A program made the position numbers and the translations under genes. Below are positions 46,282 through 54,327 of a stretch of 54,327 nucleotides of DNA, one piece after another. Position 1 is the stretch's first letter. Every line of letters starts with the position of its first letter. Origin of the DNA: Candidatus Peregrinibacteria bacterium CG10_big_fil_rev_8_21_14_0_10_49_10 (lineage in GTDB: Bacteria > Patescibacteriota > Gracilibacteria > Peribacterales > Peribacteraceae); the NCBI GenBank assembly GCA_002772545.1, contig PFDR01000065.1:1-54327 (forward strand), written 5' to 3'. The notes under the pieces were generated by a model. It saw only the letters and a list, made by a program, of their open reading frames with translations. It had not been told where the DNA came from and made no database searches.

Positions 46282-48107
46282 AAGGAAGTAGGGGTACTTT
46301 CAGGAGACTCTTCGGTCGGAAGAGCAATCGTGCCGGGAGAATCAAGAATAATACGGGACTCCGCTGTAATGTTTCCGGTCACTTCCGCAAATTCGCCATC
46401 TTCGGAACGTACACTTACACGAGCTTTATATGGTAAGTTTGATTCTTCATTCAGTACCCATAGAACATTGCCATCATCCTCCCGTTTTACAGCAAAAGAA
46501 GGAATGCGGAACAGAGGAGTAGCACGATCCACAATACGAACACGCACACTGGTATGGTGAGGAAGATTGAGACTGTCATCCACTTTCGCCTGCACCGTAA
46601 CCGTATGTGTCTGCCTGTCCACCTGCGGACTGATGCGTGCAACCTCGGCTTGGTACGTCTTTTCTTCCGATTCCGGAAGGAAGAAGACCAGAGTCTCACC
46701 TATGTGTAATGCTCCTGCCAGATGTTCCGGTAGACCAAACTGGATTTCGCTCTTTGCTTTCTTGGCCAGACTGGTAGGGACATCCGTGAGTTCAAATGCC
46801 GTCATGGAGGATGCAACAATTTTTCCGACTTCTATGAATCGCTTGGATACGGTTCCGGAGAACGGCGACCGGATTTCCCGGTGCCCGCTTTGTGCAACTT
46901 CGGATTGCAGCTGAGCATTTGCCACATCAACCATGGTTCTATATCTCTCCACCATCTGCTGCTGACTGGCATCGGTCAGTTCGTAGTTGTTTTGTATGGT
47001 ACGCAGCTCGGATGTCATCATGCGTACCTTATTGCTCATCGCAGCTTCTGTTTTACCACTGCGGTATGCTTTATAGAGTTCCGGCTCAGCAGCAATAAGC
47101 TTTTCGTACATGTTCACTGCATCTTCTATCTTCTCCTGCATTTTTAAAATGCTCTCCTGTGAAGCCAAAACTTTGTTGGTGAGGTTGGCAAGTTCCTGCT
47201 GCGTATAAAATCCTGTCTGCATGGTAGGCACCGATGGTGTCGCACTGAGTAACGTGATGGTTCCATTCAGTGCGTCATTGGCCAGATGTAAAATTTCCAC
47301 AATGTGCTCTTGTTTGCGTGCATCACTCACTGAAGGATACGCCTGCTCGGCGTCGTAAAGAGCGGTAAAGAGCGGAGCAACATCGTGTCGTGTCTGCCTA
47401 CTCAGCTGACCAAGCTGGTCAAGAAGGTCTTCTTCCTGCACGGTATCGCCCGGACGGGAATTGGAACCGATAAGGATTTGCTCTGTAACCTGCCTTGCCT
47501 GCCGTACGGTGGTAAAACCTTGGTCTACCATTTGCCGTACATTGGCAGCCTGTTCTGCAAATTGTTGCAGAAAGGAATCCTGCTCCCGTTTTGCTATAAA
47601 CAGAGCGGTTTCCTTCTCCTGAATCTTCTGCTGTGCGTTTATGAGCGTTTCCTGTGCAACATTTTGCGTGGTGACGTAGTCCGACTGCGCCTGCGCCTTA
47701 CGCGCATTCTTCTCTGCAATAACTGCGGTGCTCTGCCCTTCTACACCCTTGGGGAGCAGGAGAGCCACCACCTGGTTTTTGGTGACCTTGTCACCGATAT
47801 CAACATAAATGTCTTCCACTATCCCCTCCCTGCGGGGAAAGATGTTCGCCGTTTCGTGCGAGAGCACGGTACCCAGAAGAATAATGGAAGAAGACTGACT
47901 GAGGAGAACAGGTTGCAGGGTCGTGAATGCAGGTTCCTGCATAACTGCAGCCGCACCTGCTTCCACAAGGAGAGGCGGCTGCGTAGAACTAAAGGAAGCA
48001 AAAACGCTGTAGCTGACGCCTGCAGTAAGCAGGAGTGCAGCACCCGCAATACCTTTTCGTCCGGAGCGAGTCATGAGCCTATAGAGGGATAAAAACATAT
48101 TTTTCAT
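46278..48107 (-). CDS. Efflux RND periplasmic adaptor (MFP) with very long coiled coil
   Basis: Lipoyl half-motifs (G.VEDIYVDIGD.V; IRSPFSGTV), ISPQVD..T.T; ATGA overlap with cusA. Confidence 0.85.
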   Translation of the reverse strand: MKNMFLSLYRLMTRSGRKGIAGAALLLTAGVSYSVFASFSSTQPPLLVEAGAAAVMQEPAFTTLQPVLLSQSSSIILLGTVLSHETANIFPRREGIVEDIYVDIGDKVTKNQVVALLLPKGVEGQSTAVIAEKNARKAQAQSDYVTTQNVAQETLINAQQKIQEKETALFIAKREQDSFLQQFAEQAANVRQMVDQGFTTVRQARQVTEQILIGSNSRPGDTVQEEDLLDQLGQLSRQTRHDVAPLFTALYDAEQAYPSVSDARKQEHIVEILHLANDALNGTITLLSATPSVPTMQTGFYTQQELANLTNKVLASQESILKMQEKIEDAVNMYEKLIAAEPELYKAYRSGKTEAAMSNKVRMMTSELRTIQNNYELTDASQQQMVERYRTMVDVANAQLQSEVAQSGHREIRSPFSGTVSKRFIEVGKIVASSMTAFELTDVPTSLAKKAKSEIQFGLPEHLAGALHIGETLVFFLPESEEKTYQAEVARISPQVDRQTHTVTVQAKVDDSLNLPHHTSVRVRIVDRATPLFRIPSFAVKREDDGNVLWVLNEESNLPYKARVSVRSEDGEFAEVTGNITAESRIILDSPGTIALPTEESPESTPTSL

Positions 48108-48125
48108 AGTAAAAAGGGGGATGCA

Positions 48126-48353
48126 TTACATATCCATACCCTCCATGTTCATACTGCCTTCATCCTGAACCATTCTGATATGATCTTCGAACTTCATACC
48201 CATACGGGCAGCGGCAGCTTTTTCTTCACGGTAGCGCTCTACGGTCATACCGTACTGAGCAGCCTGCTCATTTTCTGTAAGAGGCTTCTGCGATGCACAA
48301 CCTGTGAAGAGAACAACAGAGAGGATAAGAATTGTGGAAAAAAGTTTTTCCAT
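48126..48353 (-). CDS. Small lipoprotein with Met-rich C-terminus
   Basis: Lipobox FTGC; HIRM...MNMEGMDM. Confidence 0.75.
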   Translation of the reverse strand: MEKLFSTILILSVVLFTGCASQKPLTENEQAAQYGMTVERYREEKAAAARMGMKFEDHIRMVQDEGSMNMEGMDM

Positions 48354-48428
48354 AAAAAAATGGGGAAAAAGAAATACAGTCAGTCTTTGCAGTACATGTG
48401 TATTACAAAGCTAACAGACGTAATGGAT

Positions 48429-48797
48429 TTACACTCTCAATACCACCGTTCCGGTGAGCAGTATTTCCGGGAAAGGCGGCCCTGCACTGGCAATAGATAC
48501 AGTGGATTTCTTCAAAAGATCGGAAGCGCCTTTCAAATCGAAAGGGCTTACTGCAAACATAGGAGCAAAACTCGCAGAAACAGACAGAGTGGGCGCGGAC
48601 GCAATAGCAAGCTCCTGACCTTTCTGCTCACAGCGTTCACACGTCATATCTTTGTTTTCCTGACTCCTTTGCATCATGTGTGCCATCACTTGCTGATCGG
48701 AATGGTTCATGGGCATTGCCCCCATATTCATAGGACAAATACTCGCACACAGCGTGGAGAGGCTGAAACCGATGAGTGCAAACAGTGATGGATTCAT
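48429..48797 (-). CDS. Met/Cys/His-rich exported protein (DUF2946/CruR-like architecture)
   Basis: Signal-like N-terminus, Met/His patch, CERC, late AGPP. Confidence 0.6.
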   Translation of the reverse strand: MNPSLFALIGFSLSTLCASICPMNMGAMPMNHSDQQVMAHMMQRSQENKDMTCERCEQKGQELAIASAPTLSVSASFAPMFAVSPFDLKGASDLLKKSTVSIASAGPPFPEILLTGTVVLRV

Positions 48798-48812
48798 AGA
48801 GACAAAGAAATG

Positions 48813-49088
48813 TTAGCGACTTGTAACGTCGCATGCACGCATAATTTCATCTGCAAATTGTTCTTTGGCTTTTCTGCCACCTTTTCCGAGTTTCTTGGCA
48901 CTGCAAGTAATAAGATGACTCTGAAGAACATAGTAGTTTGTCTTTTTCAGTAATCCGACTCCGGCATTTACCTGCTGAGCAATGTCCATACAATAGTCAC
49001 CTTTTTCAATCATCTTCACCAAACGGTCTATTTGGCCGGCTGCCTTTTTAAGGTTGGTAAGGGCTTTGGACTTGTAGGGATCGATCAT
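48813..49088 (-). CDS. csoR: CsoR/RcnR metal-sensing repressor
   Basis: L....GQ......MIE...YC.DI.QQ..A..G, H...C. Confidence 0.9.
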   Translation of the reverse strand: MIDPYKSKALTNLKKAAGQIDRLVKMIEKGDYCMDIAQQVNAGVGLLKKTNYYVLQSHLITCSAKKLGKGGRKAKEQFADEIMRACDVTSR

Positions 49089-49092
49089 GATA

Positions 49093-49155
49093 TAGGGATT
49101 AGGGATTAGGGATTAGGGATTAGGGATTAGGGATTAGGGATTAGGGATTAGGGAT
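49093..49155. repeat. Perfect (TAGGGAT)9 heptamer array
   Basis: Nine exact copies counted; ends 4 bp upstream of the csoR ATG. Confidence 0.97.
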
Positions 49156-49261
49156 TCCCTTAAACCATGACCTATGGTACAGGTTATGCTGCAGGAACGC
49201 AAGAAAATAGTGCACACACAAAACCAGCTACCACGCATAGATCACTACCTACAAGGGGCAT

Positions 49262-49603
49262 TCATTCTCTCTGCTCACTACCACCTTCAAACAACATCTT
49301 GATTGAATCCCATGTTTCTTTCACTGTTGTAGCCAAAGAGCACAATCTATCGACACTCTTTCTCAAGCGCAGTTGATCAGCACCTTCTGTATAACTGGTC
49401 CGCAAAGCCCATATGCCACCGATATTTTCAATCATATGCCTTTCACGAATTTTTGGGAGCATTGTTTGTATTGAACCGGGATAGTACTGATGCGCAACCA
49501 CATACTCCGCCTGCTCACGCGTAAGACCGGGCATTAGAATAAAGTATCTCTGCCCTTTTCCCGGTTCAGAACTTTCCCGCACTTCAGCTGTAAACTCTGG
49601 CAT
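49262..49603 (-). CDS. Hypothetical protein
   Basis: ORF downstream of a consensus promoter; start 49603 or 49642. Confidence 0.55.
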   Translation of the reverse strand: MPEFTAEVRESSEPGKGQRYFILMPGLTREQAEYVVAHQYYPGSIQTMLPKIRERHMIENIGGIWALRTSYTEGADQLRLRKSVDRLCSLATTVKETWDSIKMLFEGGSEQRE

Positions 49604-49660
49604 AGCAATTGACTTGTGAACTATGGAAAAGACTACGTTCATAGTGAAGAAGTTATATAT

Positions 49661-49689
49661 ATTATATATTATTTATTATATTTTGTCAA
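49661..49689 (-). promoter_or_regulatory. Consensus sigma70 promoter
   Basis: TTGACA-17-TATAAT on the minus strand. Confidence 0.75.
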
Positions 49690-49951
49690 CTATCCCAAAA
49701 CACTGCTTTCCACTCAATACGAGTTTCTCTTTCTCTACTTTCTCCCATTTTTTTACCTCTGCCTCCCTCTTCATGGCTGCAGAACGGGTGGGAAACTCCT
49801 CGCTGTGCAGGATACGCACGGGGAGCCTGGCACGCGTGTACCGGGCACCTTTCCCGGCATTGTGTACCCCTTCCCTCCCGTGAAGATCTTTGCAGTAGCC
49901 GGAGTACAGAGAGCCATCGCTGCAGCGAGCAAGGTAGAAGTAGTAGGGCAT
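49676..49951 (-). CDS. GIY-YIG nuclease family protein (YhbQ/UPF0213-like)
   Basis: YFYLARCSDGSLYSG...HNAGKGARYTRARLPV...AMKRE. Confidence 0.9.
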   Translation of the reverse strand: MPYYFYLARCSDGSLYSGYCKDLHGREGVHNAGKGARYTRARLPVRILHSEEFPTRSAAMKREAEVKKWEKVEKEKLVLSGKQCFGIVDKI

Positions 49952-49979
49952 AGGAAGAAAGTGTACAGTACCGCGTAGT

Positions 49980-50345
49980 ATGAAGATCAGAGAAATTTTC
50001 CGGCTCACATGGCTGCCTGTGGTAGGCGCTTCGCTCTGCTGCTTAAGCCCTGTGATCATAGTCCTTTTGGGACTCGGAACCGTAACTGTTGGCGGGTCAT
50101 TGGCAGATACTCTTTACGGAGAGTACAAGTGGATCTTCCGTTCCATCGGGCTTGTTCTCCTTGTTGTTGCTCTTGTTCTCCACTTCCGAAAAAAAGGAAT
50201 CTGTACGCTGGATAGCGCAAAGCGCCATCGTAACGAAATTCTGAATACCGTACTTCTCACACTGTTTGCGGGAGTAGTGGGATACATCGTCTTTCTCTAT
50301 GTGATAGTGCATTACATAGGAGTATGGCTGGGGTTGTGGGTGTAG
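49980..50345 (+). CDS. MerT-like metal transporter membrane protein
   Basis: ASLCCLSP in TM1, three TM helices, loop Cys. Confidence 0.7.
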   Translation: MKIREIFRLTWLPVVGASLCCLSPVIIVLLGLGTVTVGGSLADTLYGEYKWIFRSIGLVLLVVALVLHFRKKGICTLDSAKRHRNEILNTVLLTLFAGVVGYIVFLYVIVHYIGVWLGLWV

Positions 50346-50437
50346 GAAGAGAAAAAAATACGAGAGAGAAATGCTGCAAAAAAACAGGATAACATGTTTG
50401 TTCGCAGGCAAATACTGTTTACAATTCTCTCCTTTTT

Positions 50438-51418
50438 ATGAGTGAACAGAGTCCAATAGAAGCGGCGGAAGTAAGAACAGAAGCAATGCTGAATGGTGAA
50501 CTGTCACAGGAAGACATCCTCACTATTTTTCGGCAGATGGAAGAAACGGGCATAGCAGCAGCAGACATTATGGGAGGCCTGCGTGCCATGCGCAAAAGGA
50601 CATCACCCATTACAGTACCGGAAGATGCCATAGAAACATGCGGCTCCGGCGGAAGCGGACTCGTCACCTTTAATACTTCCACTTTCAATGCGTTTCTGCT
50701 GGCTGCTGCGGGTCTGAAGGTGGCCAAAAGCGGCAACCGCTCGGCAAGCGGCAACTCAGGATCTATGGATGTGGTGGAAGCGCTGGGTGCAAAGGTGGAC
50801 CTTACACCTCAGCAGGAAATAGCCATTTTTAAGAAGGTAGGCCTTGTTTTCAAGTTCCCGAAATCCCGTAACCCTCTGCATGCAGAAAGCCCGCTTGCAG
50901 CGGCCAGAAGAGCGTACGGGAAACTCACCATCTTTAACCTGCTGGGGTGTCTTGCAAACTCCGTAGGAACAAAAAAGAGAATGACAGGTATAGCCAAAGA
51001 AGCATACGCACCTGTGGTACGGGAAGTTGCCTCCCAGGAAGGTACGGAGGGGAAGATAGTCACAGGCTTAGATGGGCTGGACGAAGTAACGGTCTGCGCT
51101 CCCACTCGCATATGGGATATTGCCTCCGGCGAAGAATCTCTCTTTAAGCCGCAAATGCTGGACATACCCACATCTGATGCCGGAGACATAGAAGGCGGAA
51201 CACCGCAGGAGAATGCGCGTACCATGCGGGAACTGTCCTATGGGAGGACATGTGGCCCTCTTGTAAATCTGGTGCTGGTCAATGCGGCGCATGCAATACA
51301 GATTTGCAGACCCGAGTTGAGCCTGCGGCAAGCCTATGAAATAGCCAAACAGACGCTGGAAAGCGGAAGCGTCCATAGCAAAATCATGGAGTATGTAAAA
51401 AGCTCACACGAGACATAA
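50438..51418 (+). CDS. trpD: Anthranilate phosphoribosyltransferase
   Basis: TCGSGGSG..TFNTST, KSGNRSAS..SGSMDV, TIFNLLG, DGLDE. Confidence 0.9.
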   Translation: MSEQSPIEAAEVRTEAMLNGELSQEDILTIFRQMEETGIAAADIMGGLRAMRKRTSPITVPEDAIETCGSGGSGLVTFNTSTFNAFLLAAAGLKVAKSGNRSASGNSGSMDVVEALGAKVDLTPQQEIAIFKKVGLVFKFPKSRNPLHAESPLAAARRAYGKLTIFNLLGCLANSVGTKKRMTGIAKEAYAPVVREVASQEGTEGKIVTGLDGLDEVTVCAPTRIWDIASGEESLFKPQMLDIPTSDAGDIEGGTPQENARTMRELSYGRTCGPLVNLVLVNAAHAIQICRPELSLRQAYEIAKQTLESGSVHSKIMEYVKSSHET

Positions 51419-51421
51419 AAC

Positions 51422-51814
51422 CTACTTCCGAAGATCCACCCAAAAAATATCAAGATACTGCCGCACAGGATGAAGATCTCTGGCATTTACCTTCCGCCGC
51501 AAAGGAACCGGGTGTGCTTTTTGGTTTCGGATGATGAAGAGCGCATGCAAACTGCAACCGAGAAGAATAAGGAGCATACCCAGTGCTACCAGTCCTCCCT
51601 GTGTTTGTTCTGTGAGCGCTGCATAGTGCACGCTTCCCTGTACAAATGCCTGACCCTGCGCAGGAACGGAGAGTGCTACGGAACCGGGTCCGCTGTACGG
51701 GGTAATATCTGCACGAAGACCCTGCGATGTTCCCGCAATGAGAGATGCTATGCCCGCAATAACGAGGCATCCATTTACAAGACTGATGATAGGATTGGGT
51801 TGTGTGTTTGACAT
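51422..51814 (-). CDS. Hypothetical 2-TM membrane protein
   Basis: Two hydrophobic helices and a basic C-terminus. Confidence 0.6.
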   Translation of the reverse strand: MSNTQPNPIISLVNGCLVIAGIASLIAGTSQGLRADITPYSGPGSVALSVPAQGQAFVQGSVHYAALTEQTQGGLVALGMLLILLGCSLHALFIIRNQKAHPVPLRRKVNARDLHPVRQYLDIFWVDLRK

Positions 51815-51904
51815 ATTTTGTATATATTATATAACAAAATAGTATTTCTTTCAAGTCTCCGGTGTACTCGCACAGCAATTTTGAGTAACCTAGGGCAAGC
51901 TCTA

Positions 51905-51979
51905 GGCCCCGTCGTCTAACGGTTAGGACGCCAGATTTTCAATCTGGTAACGCGGGTTCGATTCCCGCCGGGGCTGCCA
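51905..51979 (+). tRNA. tRNA-Glu(TTC)
   Basis: Acceptor GGCCCCG/CGGGGCT, anticodon arm CCAGA-TTTTCAA-TCTGG, GGTTCGATT T-loop, encoded CCA. Confidence 0.96.
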
Positions 51980-51990
51980 CACAAGTAAAG

Positions 51991-52025
51991 AAAAACAGCC
52001 CGCTCCAAGGAGCAGACTGTTTTTT
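51991..52025. terminator. Bidirectional terminator-like hairpin
   Basis: AAAACAG...GCTCC-AA-GGAGC...CTGTTTTTT. Confidence 0.65.
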
Positions 52026-52041
52026 GGGATTACGAATCGGC

Positions 52042-52086
52042 TTAGTGACTACAACCGCCGCCGCAACCACCACCATCAGTGAACAT
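52042..52086 (-). CDS. Candidate 14-aa peptide MFTDGGGCGGGCSH
   Basis: Hand translation; extended -10 TGcTATACT (52126-52118), pyrimidine-rich UTR, downstream hairpin. Confidence 0.4.
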   Translation of the reverse strand: MFTDGGGCGGGCSH

Positions 52087-52157
52087 AACGGAGATGGGAA
52101 AGATATAGAACACGGCGAGTATAGCACATCACCTGTATGTTTTCTGTGCAAACACCG

Positions 52158-52997
52158 TTAAAACTCATGTTTCTTCCCCAAATCATCCCGATGGTATTTG
52201 CCAAACTCCTCTATCTTCCTGCAGATCTCCCCTTTTACTACGGGCCCGTCTACGCAGAGCCGAATACCCAAAGGATCTACCACACAGTTTCCGCAAATGC
52301 CAAAGCCGCACTTCATGTAGCGTTCCAAAGAAAGTTGGCAGGGTACACGATGCTTTTCAGAGATATCCAGCACAGCCTTGAGCATCATCTCCGGACCGCA
52401 GGCAAAAACCTTATCGATGGGTGGATCTTTGGTGTTGGGATCTGCAGCTACCTGCAGAAGCTCATCCAGGACTTCGGTGTTGTACCCCTTATGCCCCATA
52501 GAACCGTCATCGGTAGCAACGTGCAGTGAAACATGCTTGAGAGATTCCAATTCTTTGAGATACAGCAGATGTTCCGTACCGCGCGCACCGACTATGGCTT
52601 CCAGTGTACAGCCGTGCTTTACCGCCTCGGATGCCACAAAGAACATGGGCGCAGCGCCGTAGCCGCCTGCGACAAGGACGATGTGGTCACCGGCATCCCA
52701 CTGATAGTGGGTGCCGAAAGGACCACGCAACCCGACCAGATCTCCTTTTTTGGCTTGTGCCAACGCCTCGCTCATAGGCCCCACGGCAAAGAATGTAATT
52801 TTGGTCTCCGCACCGTCATCAAAGGCAACGGAGAACGGTTTTTCATCCACACCCGGGAGCCACACCATCACAAACTGCCCCGGTTTCGCTCCGAGTGAAC
52901 CGTCGAAGATATAGGTGCGCACCATTTCCGTCTCCTGAACAATATTTTTTATGCGGTAGGTCTTGGGGAGCGTAGATGCGAGTTCTATGGAAGACAT
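52158..52997 (-). CDS. pyrK: Dihydroorotate dehydrogenase electron transfer subunit
   Basis: PGQFVMV, RGPFG, GGYGAAP, TDDGS, CGPE.M, MKCGFGICGNC...C.DGPV. Confidence 0.92.
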   Translation of the reverse strand: MSSIELASTLPKTYRIKNIVQETEMVRTYIFDGSLGAKPGQFVMVWLPGVDEKPFSVAFDDGAETKITFFAVGPMSEALAQAKKGDLVGLRGPFGTHYQWDAGDHIVLVAGGYGAAPMFFVASEAVKHGCTLEAIVGARGTEHLLYLKELESLKHVSLHVATDDGSMGHKGYNTEVLDELLQVAADPNTKDPPIDKVFACGPEMMLKAVLDISEKHRVPCQLSLERYMKCGFGICGNCVVDPLGIRLCVDGPVVKGEICRKIEEFGKYHRDDLGKKHEF

Positions 52998-53038
52998 GTC
53001 CGTAGTATAGAGCGGACCCATGATGAGGGCTAGGCTTA

Positions 53039-53060
53039 GGGAATAGGGTTAGGGCTAGGG
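53039..53060 (+). other. Telomere-like G-quadruplex-forming motif
   Basis: GGG AATA GGG TTA GGG CTA GGG in the pyrK/pyrD divergent spacer. Confidence 0.55.
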
Positions 53061-53125
53061 AGAACCTGACCATATTCTTCTTCACACCCTAGATCTCACT
53101 CCAACCCTCACGTATTATCCAGGTA

Positions 53126-54073
53126 ATGAACCTTGCCCAAAATGTCCTCGGTGTAGACTTTGAGAACCCCACCATTCTCGCCTCCGGTATTTGGGGAATT
53201 ACAGCAAACGGATGGAAGGAGGTAGTACGCAATGGTGCCGGTGGTGTTACAACCAAATCACTCTGGCTTAAAGAACACAAAGGACATCCGAATCCTACTA
53301 TTATTTCCACAGAGCATTGGATGCTCAATGCTGTTGGCGTACCTGATGCAGGAGTGGAAAAGGCAAGAGAAGAAATTGGATTGTATATGGAAACAAAGCC
53401 GGCACCGCTCATTGCAAATATTATTGCAGGAAGCATAGAGGACTACGCAAAAACAGCGGAGGGCATTCTGCCACTTCAGCCTGACTTCCTGGAAGTAAAT
53501 ATTTCCTGCCCGAATGTGGAAGATGAATTTGGCAGACCTTTTGCCTGCAGCGCACCGGATGCCGCTGCCGTAACAAAGAAGGTAAAAAGTGTAAGCGGTA
53601 ATACGCCTGTGTTCATTAAACTTTCTCCCAATGTAGAACATATTGCAACAATTGCCCTTGCCTGCGCAGAGGCCGGAGCAGATGGCTTTACCGCAATTAA
53701 TACGGTGGGCCCCGGTATGGCTATAGATCTCCGGAGCCGCATGCCCATTCTGGCAAATAAAGTAGGCGGTCTCTCCGGACCGGCCATTAAACCTATTTCC
53801 GTTAAATGTATTGCAGATGTCTACGCAGCCACAGAAGGAAGACTACCCATTATTGGCACAGGCGGAGTGTACACGGGAGAAGATGCCATAGAACTCATGC
53901 TTGCAGGAGCATCCCTTATAGGAATAGGAACAGCTGTTTCAACCAGAGGAGCAGACATTTTTGCGAAAGTCTGCAAAGAAATGCAGTTTTGGTGTACAAA
54001 CGAAGGAGTGGATGCCGTATCGGAATTGGTTGGAGGAATGCATAAGGAACTTTCAAAAAGGAGTGAGAAGTAG
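53126..54073 (+). CDS. pyrD: Dihydroorotate dehydrogenase family 1B catalytic subunit
   Basis: NP.ILASG, TTKS, MLNAVG, NISCPN, KLSPN, INT, GGLSGPAIKP, IIGTGG. Confidence 0.95.
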   Translation: MNLAQNVLGVDFENPTILASGIWGITANGWKEVVRNGAGGVTTKSLWLKEHKGHPNPTIISTEHWMLNAVGVPDAGVEKAREEIGLYMETKPAPLIANIIAGSIEDYAKTAEGILPLQPDFLEVNISCPNVEDEFGRPFACSAPDAAAVTKKVKSVSGNTPVFIKLSPNVEHIATIALACAEAGADGFTAINTVGPGMAIDLRSRMPILANKVGGLSGPAIKPISVKCIADVYAATEGRLPIIGTGGVYTGEDAIELMLAGASLIGIGTAVSTRGADIFAKVCKEMQFWCTNEGVDAVSELVGGMHKELSKRSEK

Positions 54074-54096
54074 AACCTTCGCCCTACTCCATCACT

Positions 54097-54327
54097 CTAT
54101 ATCTCCCGTTCCTGCGGGAATAACGTATCTCGTCTCCACCATACTGCTCCAAAGAGGATCAACCCAAAAAGAATGAGCCGGACCGGACCAAGGACAGCCG
54201 GCGAAAGCGGAACAAAACGCAGAGCTTCTTTGAGGGAAATGAGGAGAATAGATGCCAGAGTGACACCCGGCACACTCCCCGGCTTCCCTGCTACTATGAC
54301 CATAACGTCAAAGACGAGCACGGGGAA
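54097..54327 (-). CDS. Branched-chain amino acid ABC permease (LivM-like), C-terminal part running off the window
   Basis: G.PGS..G......L.E.LRF.......GPVRLILFG.IL. Confidence 0.65.
   Translation of the reverse strand, partial: FPVLVFDVMVIVAGKPGSVPGVTLASILLISLKEALRFVPLSPAVLGPVRLILFGLILFGAVWWRRDTLFPQEREI

Noticed and set aside
49164-49187. CsoR operator (TGACCTATGGTACAGGTTA)
   Set aside because: Only a weak palindrome lacking the usual G/C tract; plausible but not supportable.
51905-52030. Integrative element at tRNA-Glu
   Set aside because: No integrase and no duplicated tRNA 3' end was seen.
1-54327. Alternative genetic code (TGA=Gly as in Gracilibacteria)
   Set aside because: Conserved genes are uninterrupted in code 11, and TGA acts as a stop in ATGA overlaps such as secF/tig.

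Overview
Bacterial chromosomal segment in standard code 11. Gene content, SLH proteins and pyrimidine-rich 5' UTRs without Shine-Dalgarno motifs suggest a Patescibacteria/CPR genome, probably Peregrinibacteria/Peribacteria; this taxonomy is inferred. Housekeeping genes include secF, tig, a RelA-like protein, rplJL with an L10 leader, valS, pnp, rpsO, rmuC-pcrA, rsmA, comEC, pyrK/pyrD and tRNA-Glu. Also present are a lexA-polY SOS cassette, scattered aromatic amino-acid genes (PhzE-type trpEG, a trpR-like gene, DAHP synthase, prephenate dehydratase, trpD), a csoR-cusA heavy-metal locus, hsp20 with a CIRCE operator, and a cysteine hydrolase/flavoprotein/RlmN-like radical SAM operon. The main unexplained pattern is three paralogous four-helix-bundle (23S-IVP/Avd-like) genes. 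Each is bracketed by inverted arrays of 7-bp tandem repeats, with a different heptamer at each locus. Several gene-less heptamer arrays occur elsewhere, one inside valS and one a perfect (TAGGGAT)9. Other notable items are a synonymously recoded copy of the first 15 valS codons that starts a coupled leader ORF, a candidate SOS box GTGGAC-N4-GTCCAC, structured leaders ahead of trpEG and pheA, and a candidate 14-aa peptide gene. All product calls come from motif recognition by eye; no database searches were run.
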